A stretch of 19,359 bases of DNA, taken from an uncultured Thermococci archaeon. GTDB taxonomy: Archaea; Methanobacteriota_B; Thermococci; Thermococcales; Thermococcaceae. Position numbers and translations under genes: made by a program. The notes beneath the pieces are model-generated. The model was not told the origin of the DNA and made no database searches. It worked only from the letters and a program-made list of their open reading frames with translations. Location of the stretch: NCBI GenBank assembly GCA_964487115.1, contig CAZAPD010000073.1:1-19359 (forward strand). The letters are read 5' to 3'. Shown piece by piece: positions 7,609 to 17,107 of the stretch (the first letter of the stretch is position 1; every line of letters starts with the position of its first letter).

Positions 7609-8358
7609 ATGCTCATCGCCGGTTGGAAAAGCACAAGCTTAGTCGATGTTTATGGCAGAGTAACATTTACACTCTGGCTCTGCGGATGCAACCTCAGGTG
7701 CCCCTTCTGTCATAACTGGCGCATCGCAGAAGGCCTCGACTGCTTCCCCCTCGACAGGGAACTTCTTATAGAAGATCTCAAATCATCCACCTTTCTCATT
7801 GACTACTTTCACATCACCGGGGGAGAACCGCTGATGCAGTGGCGCGAGTTACGTTCGCTCTTAGTAGAGATAAAATCCATGGGGATACCAATCAGTCTCA
7901 ACACAAATCTAACTCTGTTAAGGCCCCTCGAGAAACTCCTGAAAGCCGGCCTGCTTGACCATATAGCAACTGACCTCAAAGCACCACCAAATGAACTCTA
8001 TGGTCTTCCCAAAGAATCCTGCAAAAAACTATGGAGACTATTCCTGAGAGGCCTTGAAATTGTTTCTGATTACAGGATTCCACTGGAGTTGAGAATTCCT
8101 GTTGTGAAGGACTTAAATGCTTGGCCCTATATTGAAGAAGGGCTGAGAAAGATTAAAAGTAACTTCTACGTCATTTTGAATCCCCTTACAGGGGAACCTC
8201 TCACAAACCCAAGAGACAAAAAGTGGTGTTTGAAACACTGCTGGCCGAAGGAGGAGGTGGAGGAGCTTAAGGAGAAACTTGAAGAACTCGGCATTGAAGC
8301 CCACCTGACTTCCTCCCCGCTCTTAAGGGCGAGACTTTCAGAAGAAAGAAGCAAATAG
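7609..8358 (+). CDS. nrdG: Radical SAM activating enzyme for class III RNR
   Basis: GCNLRCPFCHN (CxxxCxxC), ITGGEP and DLKAP motifs; RBS GGAGG at 7597-7601; directly follows nrdD. Confidence 0.93.
   Translation: MLIAGWKSTSLVDVYGRVTFTLWLCGCNLRCPFCHNWRIAEGLDCFPLDRELLIEDLKSSTFLIDYFHITGGEPLMQWRELRSLLVEIKSMGIPISLNTNLTLLRPLEKLLKAGLLDHIATDLKAPPNELYGLPKESCKKLWRLFLRGLEIVSDYRIPLELRIPVVKDLNAWPYIEEGLRKIKSNFYVILNPLTGEPLTNPRDKKWCLKHCWPKEEVEELKEKLEELGIEAHLTSSPLLRARLSEERSK
8304..8350. mobile_element. Short IS200/IS605-like end or palindromic element, degenerate copy 2, inside the 3' end of nrdG
   Basis: cctgacttcctccccgctcttaagggcgagactt plus a purine-rich tail; 29 of 34 positions identical to 1553-1586. 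Confidence 0.6.
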
Positions 8359-8392
8359 GCAGGCACAACAGCTTTTATGTTAGTATTATCAA

Positions 8393-8417
8393 AACCATAC
8401 GTTTTGAACTTTCAGTT
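8393..8417. promoter_or_regulatory. SurR binding site (long form)
   Basis: AAC-catac-GTT-ttg-AAC-tttca-GTT. This is an exact GTTn3AACn5GTT at 8401-8417 and also matches on the reverse strand at 8393-8409. It lies just upstream of the putative BRE/TATA. Confidence 0.75.
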
Positions 8418-8427
8418 TTAAAAAGTG

Positions 8428-8443
8428 TTAAAAATTAATAATT
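8428..8443 (+). promoter_or_regulatory. Putative BRE/TATA of the ABC-chelatase operon
   Basis: AAAAA-TTAATAAT between the SurR site and the palindrome. The region is AT-rich, so the exact box is uncertain. Confidence 0.45.
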
Positions 8444-8453
8444 ATCATGAATT

Positions 8454-8485
8454 TTGTAATACTAATTTTTAAATTAGTAGCACAA
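8454..8485. promoter_or_regulatory. Palindromic operator with NikR-like geometry
   Basis: ttGTAATActaattt-tt-aaattagTAGCACaa: 13 of 15 positions paired, with a perfect 9-bp inner arm. The core GTAATA-N16-TAGCAC is 28 bp, the same layout as the E. coli NikR operator GTATGA-N16-TCATAC. Confidence 0.65.
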
Positions 8486-8499
8486 TAACGGTGATGGCA

Positions 8500-10602
8500 A
8501 TGAAAAAGCCCAAAGAGAAGAGGTTGGCACTGTTTTTGATAGGAATTTTAATTTTTAGTGTCATAACAAGCGGTTGTATAGAGACTACCTCATCTTCCAG
8601 TTCAACAAAGACGAGTTCATCCTCAACAGCAACCATTACATCAGGATACCCAATTACAATAACCGACTTCGCCGGAAGAAAAGTCACCATAAAAAAACCA
8701 CCTGAAAGAGTGATAGTGCTCTCCGGATACTGGGCTGAAGTGCTTTGCATCTTGGGCGTCCAGAACAGAATAGTTGGCATCGGTAAATACATTCCTTATG
8801 ACCCCTACCTCCCGCATGATGTGAAAAACAAACCTATCGTTGGCAGCAATTTCAAAGGTCTCAACTGGGAAACCGTCGTTGGCTTAAAACCTGACCTCAT
8901 AATAATCGACTGGTACGGTGGCAAGTACGCCGACGCTGAAACAATAAAAAAGGCTGAAGAACTCGGGATCCCCACCATAGCACTCACTGCCAGAAACATC
9001 GAAGACAACATAAAAGTCATCAAGCTTCTCGGAAAAGTATTTGGCAAAGAAGAAAAAGCCAGCAGGCTGGCTACATGGATGGAAGAAAAGCTTAGCATTG
9101 TGAGAAAAACCGCAAGCAGGATTCCAGAAAACAGCAAAAAGAATGTTCTAATGATAAACGCCCCAAGAGACATGAATAAACCTATAACCGTTTATGCAAA
9201 CGGCAGTGCATGGGCGAGCATAGTCGAACTCGTCGGAGCCCATAACCTGGCATTTGACAAAAACTTTAACACCCAGTGGCCAAAACTCGATCTCGAAAAG
9301 ATAATAACCTACTGGGGAAATACAACAGACATTATACTCGTGACATCATTCAGTGAAAACCTGCTTGAAAAAACCATAACAGCCATAAAAACAGATCCAA
9401 GATGGAGAACAATCAAAGCTGTGAAAGAAGGCCATGTCTACGGCATTTTAGCTGGTTCCAATGCATTCCTTGACTGGGGACCAAGAATAGTAGTAGGAAT
9501 CTACCAAATAGGAAGACTAATTTACCCCAATTATTACCCAGAATGGAAACCAATCGCAAAAGAACTAATTGAAAACTTCTATGGAATGAAATATGAATCC
9601 CCCGTGACAGTTACAGATTCCATGGGAAGAAAAGTAACCTTCAACAAAACCCCCCAGAGGGTCATAGTTCTTAATGGCTACTGGGCAGAAGTAATGTACT
9701 GCCTCGGGGTCGCAAATAAAATTGTTGGTTTAGGGAAATACGTACCCTACGATCAGTTCCTACCAGAAAGCGTTAAGAAAAAGCCTATTGTCGGAACAAC
9801 ATGGGAGAAAGCCATCAACTGGGAAACCGTAGCCGGCCTCAAACCCGATTTAATCTTAATGGGCCGCTGGAAGGGAGGCTTTACCCCCGGAGAACTTGAT
9901 GTAATCAAAAAATCAAAAGAGTTTGGATTCAAAGTTCTGGCTCTCGGAATTCCTGATTCCAACGCAACTGGAACAGAAATGCCCTATGAAAACATTAGAA
10001 TAATAAGAATTCTCGGACAGGTCTTTAATACGGAGAAAAAAGCCGAAGAGCTCGCAAGCTTCTTGGAGAGTTACTATAACAAAGCTCTGGACATAGCCAG
10101 CAAGATTCCAGACAACAAAAAGAAAAACGTTCTTATAGTTTACGGATCATCCATTACAGGGAAATACGCAACCGGCACAATAAGCATCTCATACAGAGGC
10201 TCGGCATACGCAGAAACCGCAGAGCTCATAGGAGCCCATAACGTTGCATTTGACTACAACTTTTCAACCCAGTACCCAAAATTCGACCTTGAAAAACTCA
10301 TAACCTACTTCGGAAACAAAACCGATATCCTGATAATCGTTGACTGGGATCCAAAGAGATTAACTAAAGCCGTTCAAAAAGTGAAGAATGACCCAAGATG
10401 GCAACAAATCAAAGCTGTCAAAGAAGGCCACGTTGTTGGAATACTGGTAAGTTCATGGTCAAAGAACGCAGCATCCCTCTATGGACCCAGATTCATAACC
10501 GGAATCTATGCCTTTGGACATGCAATATATCCAGAATACTACCCAGACTGGAAACCGATATACCAAGAACTCATCAAAAGATTTTACAGCACGGAGGGCT
10601 GA
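8500..10602 (+). CDS. ABC substrate-binding lipoprotein with two tandem BtuF/FecB-type (Peripla_BP_2) domains, about 700 aa
   Basis: Basic n-region, hydrophobic stretch, lipobox SGC and Ser/Thr linker. Two repeats each with TD..GRKVT..P.RVIVL.GYWAEV, NWETV.GLKPDLI and W..IKAVKEGHV. RBS GGTGA at 8490-8494 favours ATG 8500. Confidence 0.92.
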   Translation: MKKPKEKRLALFLIGILIFSVITSGCIETTSSSSSTKTSSSSTATITSGYPITITDFAGRKVTIKKPPERVIVLSGYWAEVLCILGVQNRIVGIGKYIPYDPYLPHDVKNKPIVGSNFKGLNWETVVGLKPDLIIIDWYGGKYADAETIKKAEELGIPTIALTARNIEDNIKVIKLLGKVFGKEEKASRLATWMEEKLSIVRKTASRIPENSKKNVLMINAPRDMNKPITVYANGSAWASIVELVGAHNLAFDKNFNTQWPKLDLEKIITYWGNTTDIILVTSFSENLLEKTITAIKTDPRWRTIKAVKEGHVYGILAGSNAFLDWGPRIVVGIYQIGRLIYPNYYPEWKPIAKELIENFYGMKYESPVTVTDSMGRKVTFNKTPQRVIVLNGYWAEVMYCLGVANKIVGLGKYVPYDQFLPESVKKKPIVGTTWEKAINWETVAGLKPDLILMGRWKGGFTPGELDVIKKSKEFGFKVLALGIPDSNATGTEMPYENIRIIRILGQVFNTEKKAEELASFLESYYNKALDIASKIPDNKKKNVLIVYGSSITGKYATGTISISYRGSAYAETAELIGAHNVAFDYNFSTQYPKFDLEKLITYFGNKTDILIIVDWDPKRLTKAVQKVKNDPRWQQIKAVKEGHVVGILVSSWSKNAASLYGPRFITGIYAFGHAIYPEYYPDWKPIYQELIKRFYSTEG

Positions 10603-10604
10603 GC

Positions 10605-11651
10605 GTGAGGAGGCTCCTATTTCTTTTTCTTTTAATCTCCCCAATCTTTTCCTTACTCATAAGCCTGTGTATAGGGTCGTATCACATTCCGCTTCCTGCA
10701 ATTATTAACATGCTTCTCATTAAAATCACCCAGCTCACCTCTACAATCTTAGATAAAATAACCCTTGGAAAACTAAATTTTGATATTCAAAATCACTATC
10801 CAAACGTTTATCGTATAATCCTCTTTGAAATAAGACTTCCAAGAGTTCTTCTGGCGATGATGGTGGGTTCAGCACTTGCTCTTTCAGGAGCTGTTCTTCA
10901 GGCAATATTCCGAAACCCGCTCGTTAACAGCTATATCTTAGGAATTTCCTCTGGAGCAGCTTTTGGAGCCGCTTTGGCAATAGGATTCTCTATCGAGCTT
11001 GGAGTCACACCACTGGCATTTACCTTCGCCCTACTGGCTGTGTTACTAACAACTTCCTTAGCCAAAATTGGTGGAAGAGTAACACCAGTCTCCCTCATCC
11101 TGGCCGGAATAATAATCAATGCATTCTTCTCAGCACTAACATCCCTACTTAAGTTTTTAATGAGCCATGATAAACTCGCAAGTGTTGTTTACTGGCTCAT
11201 GGGGAGCTTTGCAGATGCAGGCTGGCATTCAGTGAAAGTAGCATTCCCAGTTATCTCAACTGGATGCATCGTAATATACCTAATGCGGTGGCAGCTTAAC
11301 GTTCTCTCCTTTGGAGAAGAGGCTAAATTTGTGGGAGTTGAAACGGAGAAAATAAAATTCGTGTTTATAGTCCTCGTTTCTCTTACTACAGCAGTTTCAG
11401 TCGCATTCTGTGGAGTTATAGGATGGGTTGGTCTAATGATCCCCCATATAGTTAGAATGGCCTTTGGACCAGACCACAAGACACTAATCCCCCTCTCAAT
11501 AACCCTCGGAGCTTCTTTTATGGTTTTGGCAGACACCTTAGCGAGATCAGTAGCCACCTATGAAATCCCAATCGGGATATTAACCACATTACTTGGAATA
11601 CCCTTCTTTGCCTATCTATTGAGAAAGACAGGCGGTGGTTGGCATGCTTAA
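10605..11651 (+). CDS. Type II ABC importer permease (BtuC/FecD family), 348 aa
   Basis: IRLPRVLLA...GSALALSGAVLQAIFRNPL...LGISSGA, GVIGWVGLMIPHIVR and EIPIGILTTLLGIPFF. GTG at 10605 follows RBS GGAGGG. Confidence 0.95.
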   Translation: MRRLLFLFLLISPIFSLLISLCIGSYHIPLPAIINMLLIKITQLTSTILDKITLGKLNFDIQNHYPNVYRIILFEIRLPRVLLAMMVGSALALSGAVLQAIFRNPLVNSYILGISSGAAFGAALAIGFSIELGVTPLAFTFALLAVLLTTSLAKIGGRVTPVSLILAGIIINAFFSALTSLLKFLMSHDKLASVVYWLMGSFADAGWHSVKVAFPVISTGCIVIYLMRWQLNVLSFGEEAKFVGVETEKIKFVFIVLVSLTTAVSVAFCGVIGWVGLMIPHIVRMAFGPDHKTLIPLSITLGASFMVLADTLARSVATYEIPIGILTTLLGIPFFAYLLRKTGGGWHA

Positions 11652-12414
11652 AGTTAAAGGATTATCATTCAGTTATGGCGATTTCAGCGTTGAAAATGTG
11701 TGTTTTGACGTCAAAGAAGGCGAGATTTTAACTTTATTGGGTCCAAACGGCAGCGGAAAAACCACAATTTTGAAGAATGTCTATGGGCTGTTAAAGCCAA
11801 AGAAAAAGTGCGTCTTCATAGATGGTAGAGATTTTCACTCCCTACCATTGAAGGACAGGGCTAAGTTAGTCGGTTACGTTCCCCAATCCCACTACCCCCC
11901 TTTCCCATATACAGTTTTAGATGTCGTCGTTATGGGCTTGGCGTCTCAGCTCAGCGTTTTTGAGAGTCCAAGGAAAGAACATTACAAAAAAGCTCTCGAA
12001 AAGCTCAGGCTTTTGGGAATGGAGCGCTTTAAAGACAGACCATATACCCAGCTGAGCGGAGGTCAATTACAGCTGGTCTTAATAGCAAGAGCATTAGTGC
12101 AAGAGCCAAAAGTCCTTCTTCTTGATGAGCCCACCGCCCATTTAGATTTCAAAAATCAGGTGAAAATCCTTGGAATTATCAAAAAACTCGCAAAAGAAGA
12201 GAGAATTACAGCAATCCTGACACTTCACGACCCAAATTTAGCTTCAATTTACTCAGATAGGATAGCTCTGGTTAAGGAAGGAAGAATCAGGGGCATTGGA
12301 GATTCGAGTGAGATTTTGAGAGAGGAGATACTTGAAGAGGTTTACGGCGTTCCAATTCACATCCTGGAGTTCAATGGATTCAGAGTTATCATGCCAAAAA
12401 CGGAGGTAGTTTAA
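11644..12414 (+). CDS. ABC ATPase (BtuD/FecE family), 256 aa
   Basis: Walker A GPNGSGKT, Q-loop YVPQ, signature LSGGQ, Walker B LLLDEPT, H-loop LHD. Overlaps the permease stop codon. Confidence 0.96.
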   Translation: MLKVKGLSFSYGDFSVENVCFDVKEGEILTLLGPNGSGKTTILKNVYGLLKPKKKCVFIDGRDFHSLPLKDRAKLVGYVPQSHYPPFPYTVLDVVVMGLASQLSVFESPRKEHYKKALEKLRLLGMERFKDRPYTQLSGGQLQLVLIARALVQEPKVLLLDEPTAHLDFKNQVKILGIIKKLAKEERITAILTLHDPNLASIYSDRIALVKEGRIRGIGDSSEILREEILEEVYGVPIHILEFNGFRVIMPKTEVV

Positions 12415-13364
12415 TGCTAAGCCTGATAATAACCTCAACGAAAATAGCATTTAGCTTTTTAAAACGCTCTGTCCCCGGGTTGCTGATTGGCCTATTCATA
12501 GCTGAGCTTTTAATTGAAAAAGGAGTTATTAACAAGTTCTCCCCAATAGGCAAACCCTTTGTCAAGTTCTCAAATCTTCCAGAAGAGTGTGCCTTAGCAT
12601 TTGCAACTGCGTTTTTAAATACGAGGGCAGGAAATGCCATGCTAATAGATTTTTACAAAGAAGGAAAAATAGACAAGAAAGAACTCTACATTGCCTCCCT
12701 TATGAACGCATTTCCTGCAATGATCAGGCACTGGAACTCGTTAATCCCAGTTCTTCTGGCAACGCTTGGGACACTTGGCCTGCTTTATTTTGGAATCTTG
12801 GTGATTATTGGATTTATTCAAACAACGATTTTTGCCCTCGCTGGGAAACTCTTAATTAAGAGTCCAAAACAAATAAAAAATGTTCAAAAACACACCAAAA
12901 AGTCCCAAAAGCCGCTCAAAAAAGTTTTAAGAAAGGCTTTAGCAAAAACTAAGAAGCACTCAATCCCAATTTTAAAAAGCATGGTTCTAGCAACTTATAT
13001 AATTGCCTTACTCATAACAGCAGGGTTTTTTGAGTATTTAACCTCTCTCGTAAAAAATTTTGCAGCTTTCCTCCCTCTTTCGCCTGAAGAAATAAGTGTG
13101 GCATTAAGTGCAATGGCGAGCAGTATAGCCGCTTATACTCTCGGTGCAAACCTCTTAAAAGCTGGATTAATAAGTGAAAAAGCTCTAATAAGGTCTCTCC
13201 TTCTTGGATCAGTTCTCGCGAATATCACTTTCCTAAGAGTGCTGATTCCCTATTATGTTGGTCTGTATGGAGCTAAAGATGGAACGAAGATTATGCTCAT
13301 CTCAATGGCAACACGGAGTGCTATCATACTGGGCCTTATAGTTGTAATGGGGGTGGTTTTATGA
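12414..13364 (+). CDS. Polytopic membrane protein, probable nucleoside-recognition Gate-domain family, 316 aa
   Basis: Two hydrophobic halves separated by a Lys-rich loop; pattern LPEECALAFATAF...GNAML..FYKEGKIDKKE. Coupled by TAATG and ATGA overlaps. Confidence 0.7.
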   Translation: MLSLIITSTKIAFSFLKRSVPGLLIGLFIAELLIEKGVINKFSPIGKPFVKFSNLPEECALAFATAFLNTRAGNAMLIDFYKEGKIDKKELYIASLMNAFPAMIRHWNSLIPVLLATLGTLGLLYFGILVIIGFIQTTIFALAGKLLIKSPKQIKNVQKHTKKSQKPLKKVLRKALAKTKKHSIPILKSMVLATYIIALLITAGFFEYLTSLVKNFAAFLPLSPEEISVALSAMASSIAAYTLGANLLKAGLISEKALIRSLLLGSVLANITFLRVLIPYYVGLYGAKDGTKIMLISMATRSAIILGLIVVMGVVL

Positions 13365-16300
13365 TCTGCTTCATATTGGGTTACGGTGCAAGACCTTTAC
13401 CTTTGCTTGAGAAAATATTGAAAGAGGAAAAAATCGATGGAGTTGTTTTAACAGAACAGAACTGTGAGAAAGAGCTTGAAAAAGTTGAAAAGGCAGAAGT
13501 AATTTTCATTTACACCTACGAACTTCCAGATGCTGTTGTAGAGACGCTAAGGAAGAGCAGAGCAAAGATTGTTTCAATGGACAGCTTAAACAACGTTTCG
13601 CAGGAGATTTTAGTTAAAGCTAAATCCTACTACGTCCTCGGTGGTGAGGAGAATCTAAGGAACTTAGCTAAGTTTTTAGCAAACCTGGCAGGTGAAAAGA
13701 GAGAATATGAGGAGCCAAAAGAAGTTCCAATGCATGGGATTTACCACCCACATTTTGGGGTTTTTGAGAGCTTAGATGAATATTTGGAGGTTTATAATAA
13801 GAGACCAATTGTTGGAGTTCTATTCTGGAGGAGTGCTTGGCTTTACAGAGAATTCAGCCCGATTGAGGAGCTCATCAAAGCACTTGAAAGTGAAGGGTTA
13901 GGAGTTATTCCCGTCTTTACCTATGGGAAAGACTCGACAACAGGACTCGGAAAAGAAAAGAGTGAAGCTGTTAAAGAGTTCTTCATAAAAGATGAGAAGC
14001 CAATTATTGAGGCACTGGTAAGTTTGATCTCCTTTGGCACCGTTGATTTAAATAATTTGGAAAAGCTGAATGTCCCAGTATTTGCTCCAATTCGCTCTTA
14101 TTATCAAAGCCTCAAAGAGTGGAAGGAGAGAGAAGGCGTTGATTACATGACGCAGGTTTATGGGGTGATAATTCCAGAAGTTGCAGGAGCAATTGAGCCG
14201 ATATTTATAGCTGGAACTAAAAACATTGAGGGCTACAAAAAGGGCGAACCATACGAAGAACACATAAAATACCTCGTCAAAAGAGTGAAGAAGTGGATTG
14301 AGCTAAGGAAAAAGCCAAAGAAAGATGTTAAAATAGCAATAGTTTTGATAAATCCGCCTTGTAAGGGACTCGAAGCCAGCATTGCAGTGGGGATGGGATT
14401 GGATGTTCCAGAGAGCATAGTTAGACTTCTGCACAAGCTAAAAGAAGAAGGCTACTATGTTGGTGAAGAGCTTCCAAAGAATGGAGAAGAGCTAATAAGA
14501 ATGATTTTGGAGAGAAAGGCAATAAGTGAGTTCAGATGGACGAGTGTGGAAGAAATCGTCAAAAATGGTGGGGCAATTGACTTCGTAAGCTTGGAGGGTT
14601 ATTTGGAGTGGTTCAATGAGCTTCCCGAGGACTTGAGAGAAAAAATAGTCAAAGATTGGGGAAGACCAGAGGACGTTCTGGCAGGAAAAGTGGACAAAAC
14701 ATTGGTTGGAATGGTTTATGATGGAAAGTTCGTTGTTCCTGGAATAAAGTTTGGAAATGTCTTTATCACTCCGCAGCCAAAGTTCGGCTGTGCTGGGGCG
14801 AGGTGTGATGGAAAAGTTTGTAGAATCCTCCATGATCCGACTATAACTCCTCCTCACCAGTGGTGGGCTGTCTATAGGTGGATAACGAGGAAGTTTAATG
14901 CCAATGTTATGATACACTTTGGAACTCACGGTTATTTAGAATTTAGGCCGGGGAAAAGCGTTGGGCTTTCTCCTTCATGTGTTCCCGAGGCAAGCTTAGA
15001 TGACGTTCCCCACTTATACGTTTATGTAGTTTCAAATCCAATGGAGGGCGTTATTGCCAAGAGAAGAAGTTATGCAACGCTAATAGACCACATTTATCCA
15101 CCAATGGCAATAGCTGAAGTTTTGGATGATTTGGATTCGCTCTTGAATCAATATGCAAAGGCAAAGAGCCTGGGAGATGATGCAAGGAGAAAGAAGATTT
15201 ACGAGCAGATTTTGGAGGAAGCTGAAGGAAACAAGATAAGAATAGCGAACCCTGAAAATGAAGAGCAAACGATAGAGGAAATCCACCGCTACGCTGAGTT
15301 GATGAGAGGTTCTCAAATTAATCTCGGTCTTCATATCTTTGGGTATCCACCAAAAGAACCCGAAAGATTGGCGGAATACATTGCCACGGCAATGGCTTAC
15401 GATTCCTACGCTTCACCCTCGATTAAACGCGTCATAGCTGAGGCAATAGGCTTAGACTACGATGAGATAAGAAAGAACCCCCTGGAGACTACAAATGGAT
15501 TTACGAAGAGAGAACTGCTGGAGATTTTCCACAAGATAGCAGTTAAAAGCTTAGAGCGTTTGCTTAATGGAGAAGGCTTTGATGTCATTGAGGAAGAAAT
15601 TGAAAAGTTTGGATTCAAAGTTAAGGAGAAAGAAAAGCTTGAGGAACCGTTTAGAAAAGCCCTTGAAGTTGCTCAAAAAGTTGTCGAGTGCGAAAGGGAA
15701 TATAATGGCTTTTTAGAAGGTGTGGAAGGAAAATATGTAAAGCCAGGCCCTTCGGGAGCCATAACGAGAGGGAAGTTCGAGATTTTGCCAACGGGAAGAA
15801 ACTTCTATGCAGTTGATCCAAGAACTCTGCCAACCAAAGCAGCTTGGCAAATTGGAGTTGAAACTGCTGAAAAGCTCTTGGAGGAGTATACGAAGAAGCA
15901 TGGGAAGTATCCCGAAAGCATTGGGCAGGTTCTCTGGAGTATAGACGGTTACAAAGCCGATGGAGAACAGATAGCTCAAATTCTCTATTTGCTTGGAGTT
16001 AAGCCTATCTGGAAAGGAGATGTAGTTTCTGAACTTGAAGTAATTCCCTTAGAAGAGCTCGGAAGGCCAAGGATTGACGTTCTGGTCAGAATAAGCGGAA
16101 TCGTAAGAGATACTTTGCCAAATTACATATATCTCATCGACGAAGCAATAGAAAAGGTTGTTATCTTGGATGAATCGTTGGAAATGAATTACGTTAGAAA
16201 GCACTACATTGAACATATTAAAAAGCTCATTGAGCTTGGAAAGAGCTTTGAAGAAGCACAGAGGTTCGCAAGGTTTAGAGTTTTCTCTGCTCCTCCGGGG

Positions 16301-17107
16301 GCTTATGGAGCTGGTGTAAACTTAGCTGTTGAGTCATCGGGCTGGCAGAAGGAGGAGGATTTAGCAAAGGTTTGGGTCCAGTGGAGCGGCTACGCTTATG
16401 GAAAAGATGCCTTTGGAGTTGAAGCTCACGAATCTTTAGTTTTGAACCTCGAAAGCGTTGACGTAATCAATAGAAACCACATAAGTGATGAGCATGACTT
16501 AACGAATTGCTGCTGTTATTTTGCCTATCACGGTGGATTTAAAACAGCGGTGGATGCTCTAACCGGGAAGGATGTAGATATAATCCAAGTCGATACGAGG
16601 GACATAAGCGATACTAAAATTGTTGATATTAAAGTCGAGATTGAGAGAATAACAAGGACAAAGCTTCTCAACGACAGATGGATTGAAGAAATGAAGAAGC
16701 ACGGCTACAGAGGGGCGAGTGAGTTCTCAAAGAAGATTCTTCATCTCTATGGCTGGGAAGCAACAACAAAACTCGTTGAGGACTGGATTTTCGATGAAAT
16801 AGCGCAAAAGTATGTTCTTGATGAAGGGATGAGGAGATGGTTTGAGGAGCACAATCCCTACGCTATTGAGGAAATTGCAAGGCGTTTGATTGAAGCTTAT
16901 GAGCGTGGCTTGTGGGAGACGAGCGATGAGCTCATTGAAAGGCTCATGGAAGCTTACTCTGAAATTGAGGGGCTTTTGGAGGAACACCTTGGTGAAGGGG
17001 AAGTTCAAGGTGGAACGATTGAAATCTACACTGCTGAGGATGATGAACACTGGAGTGAAAACATTGAGGAGGTGGATAAAATATGGAAGCTCGTGAAAAA
17101 CGCTTAA
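13361..17107 (+). CDS. cobN: CobN/ChlH-family class I chelatase large subunit, 1248 aa
   Basis: [51 protein letters not shown]...[23 protein letters not shown] and HGYRGA motifs. Confidence 0.95.
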   Translation: MICFILGYGARPLPLLEKILKEEKIDGVVLTEQNCEKELEKVEKAEVIFIYTYELPDAVVETLRKSRAKIVSMDSLNNVSQEILVKAKSYYVLGGEENLRNLAKFLANLAGEKREYEEPKEVPMHGIYHPHFGVFESLDEYLEVYNKRPIVGVLFWRSAWLYREFSPIEELIKALESEGLGVIPVFTYGKDSTTGLGKEKSEAVKEFFIKDEKPIIEALVSLISFGTVDLNNLEKLNVPVFAPIRSYYQSLKEWKEREGVDYMTQVYGVIIPEVAGAIEPIFIAGTKNIEGYKKGEPYEEHIKYLVKRVKKWIELRKKPKKDVKIAIVLINPPCKGLEASIAVGMGLDVPESIVRLLHKLKEEGYYVGEELPKNGEELIRMILERKAISEFRWTSVEEIVKNGGAIDFVSLEGYLEWFNELPEDLREKIVKDWGRPEDVLAGKVDKTLVGMVYDGKFVVPGIKFGNVFITPQPKFGCAGARCDGKVCRILHDPTITPPHQWWAVYRWITRKFNANVMIHFGTHGYLEFRPGKSVGLSPSCVPEASLDDVPHLYVYVVSNPMEGVIAKRRSYATLIDHIYPPMAIAEVLDDLDSLLNQYAKAKSLGDDARRKKIYEQILEEAEGNKIRIANPENEEQTIEEIHRYAELMRGSQINLGLHIFGYPPKEPERLAEYIATAMAYDSYASPSIKRVIAEAIGLDYDEIRKNPLETTNGFTKRELLEIFHKIAVKSLERLLNGEGFDVIEEEIEKFGFKVKEKEKLEEPFRKALEVAQKVVECEREYNGFLEGVEGKYVKPGPSGAITRGKFEILPTGRNFYAVDPRTLPTKAAWQIGVETAEKLLEEYTKKHGKYPESIGQVLWSIDGYKADGEQIAQILYLLGVKPIWKGDVVSELEVIPLEELGRPRIDVLVRISGIVRDTLPNYIYLIDEAIEKVVILDESLEMNYVRKHYIEHIKKLIELGKSFEEAQRFARFRVFSAPPGAYGAGVNLAVESSGWQKEEDLAKVWVQWSGYAYGKDAFGVEAHESLVLNLESVDVINRNHISDEHDLTNCCCYFAYHGGFKTAVDALTGKDVDIIQVDTRDISDTKIVDIKVEIERITRTKLLNDRWIEEMKKHGYRGASEFSKKILHLYGWEATTKLVEDWIFDEIAQKYVLDEGMRRWFEEHNPYAIEEIARRLIEAYERGLWETSDELIERLMEAYSEIEGLLEEHLGEGEVQGGTIEIYTAEDDEHWSENIEEVDKIWKLVKNA

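Noticed and set aside
8359..8499. Cobalamin riboswitch upstream of the Btu-like transporter
   Set aside because: The region is short and very AT-rich, with no B12-box or structured GC-rich core.
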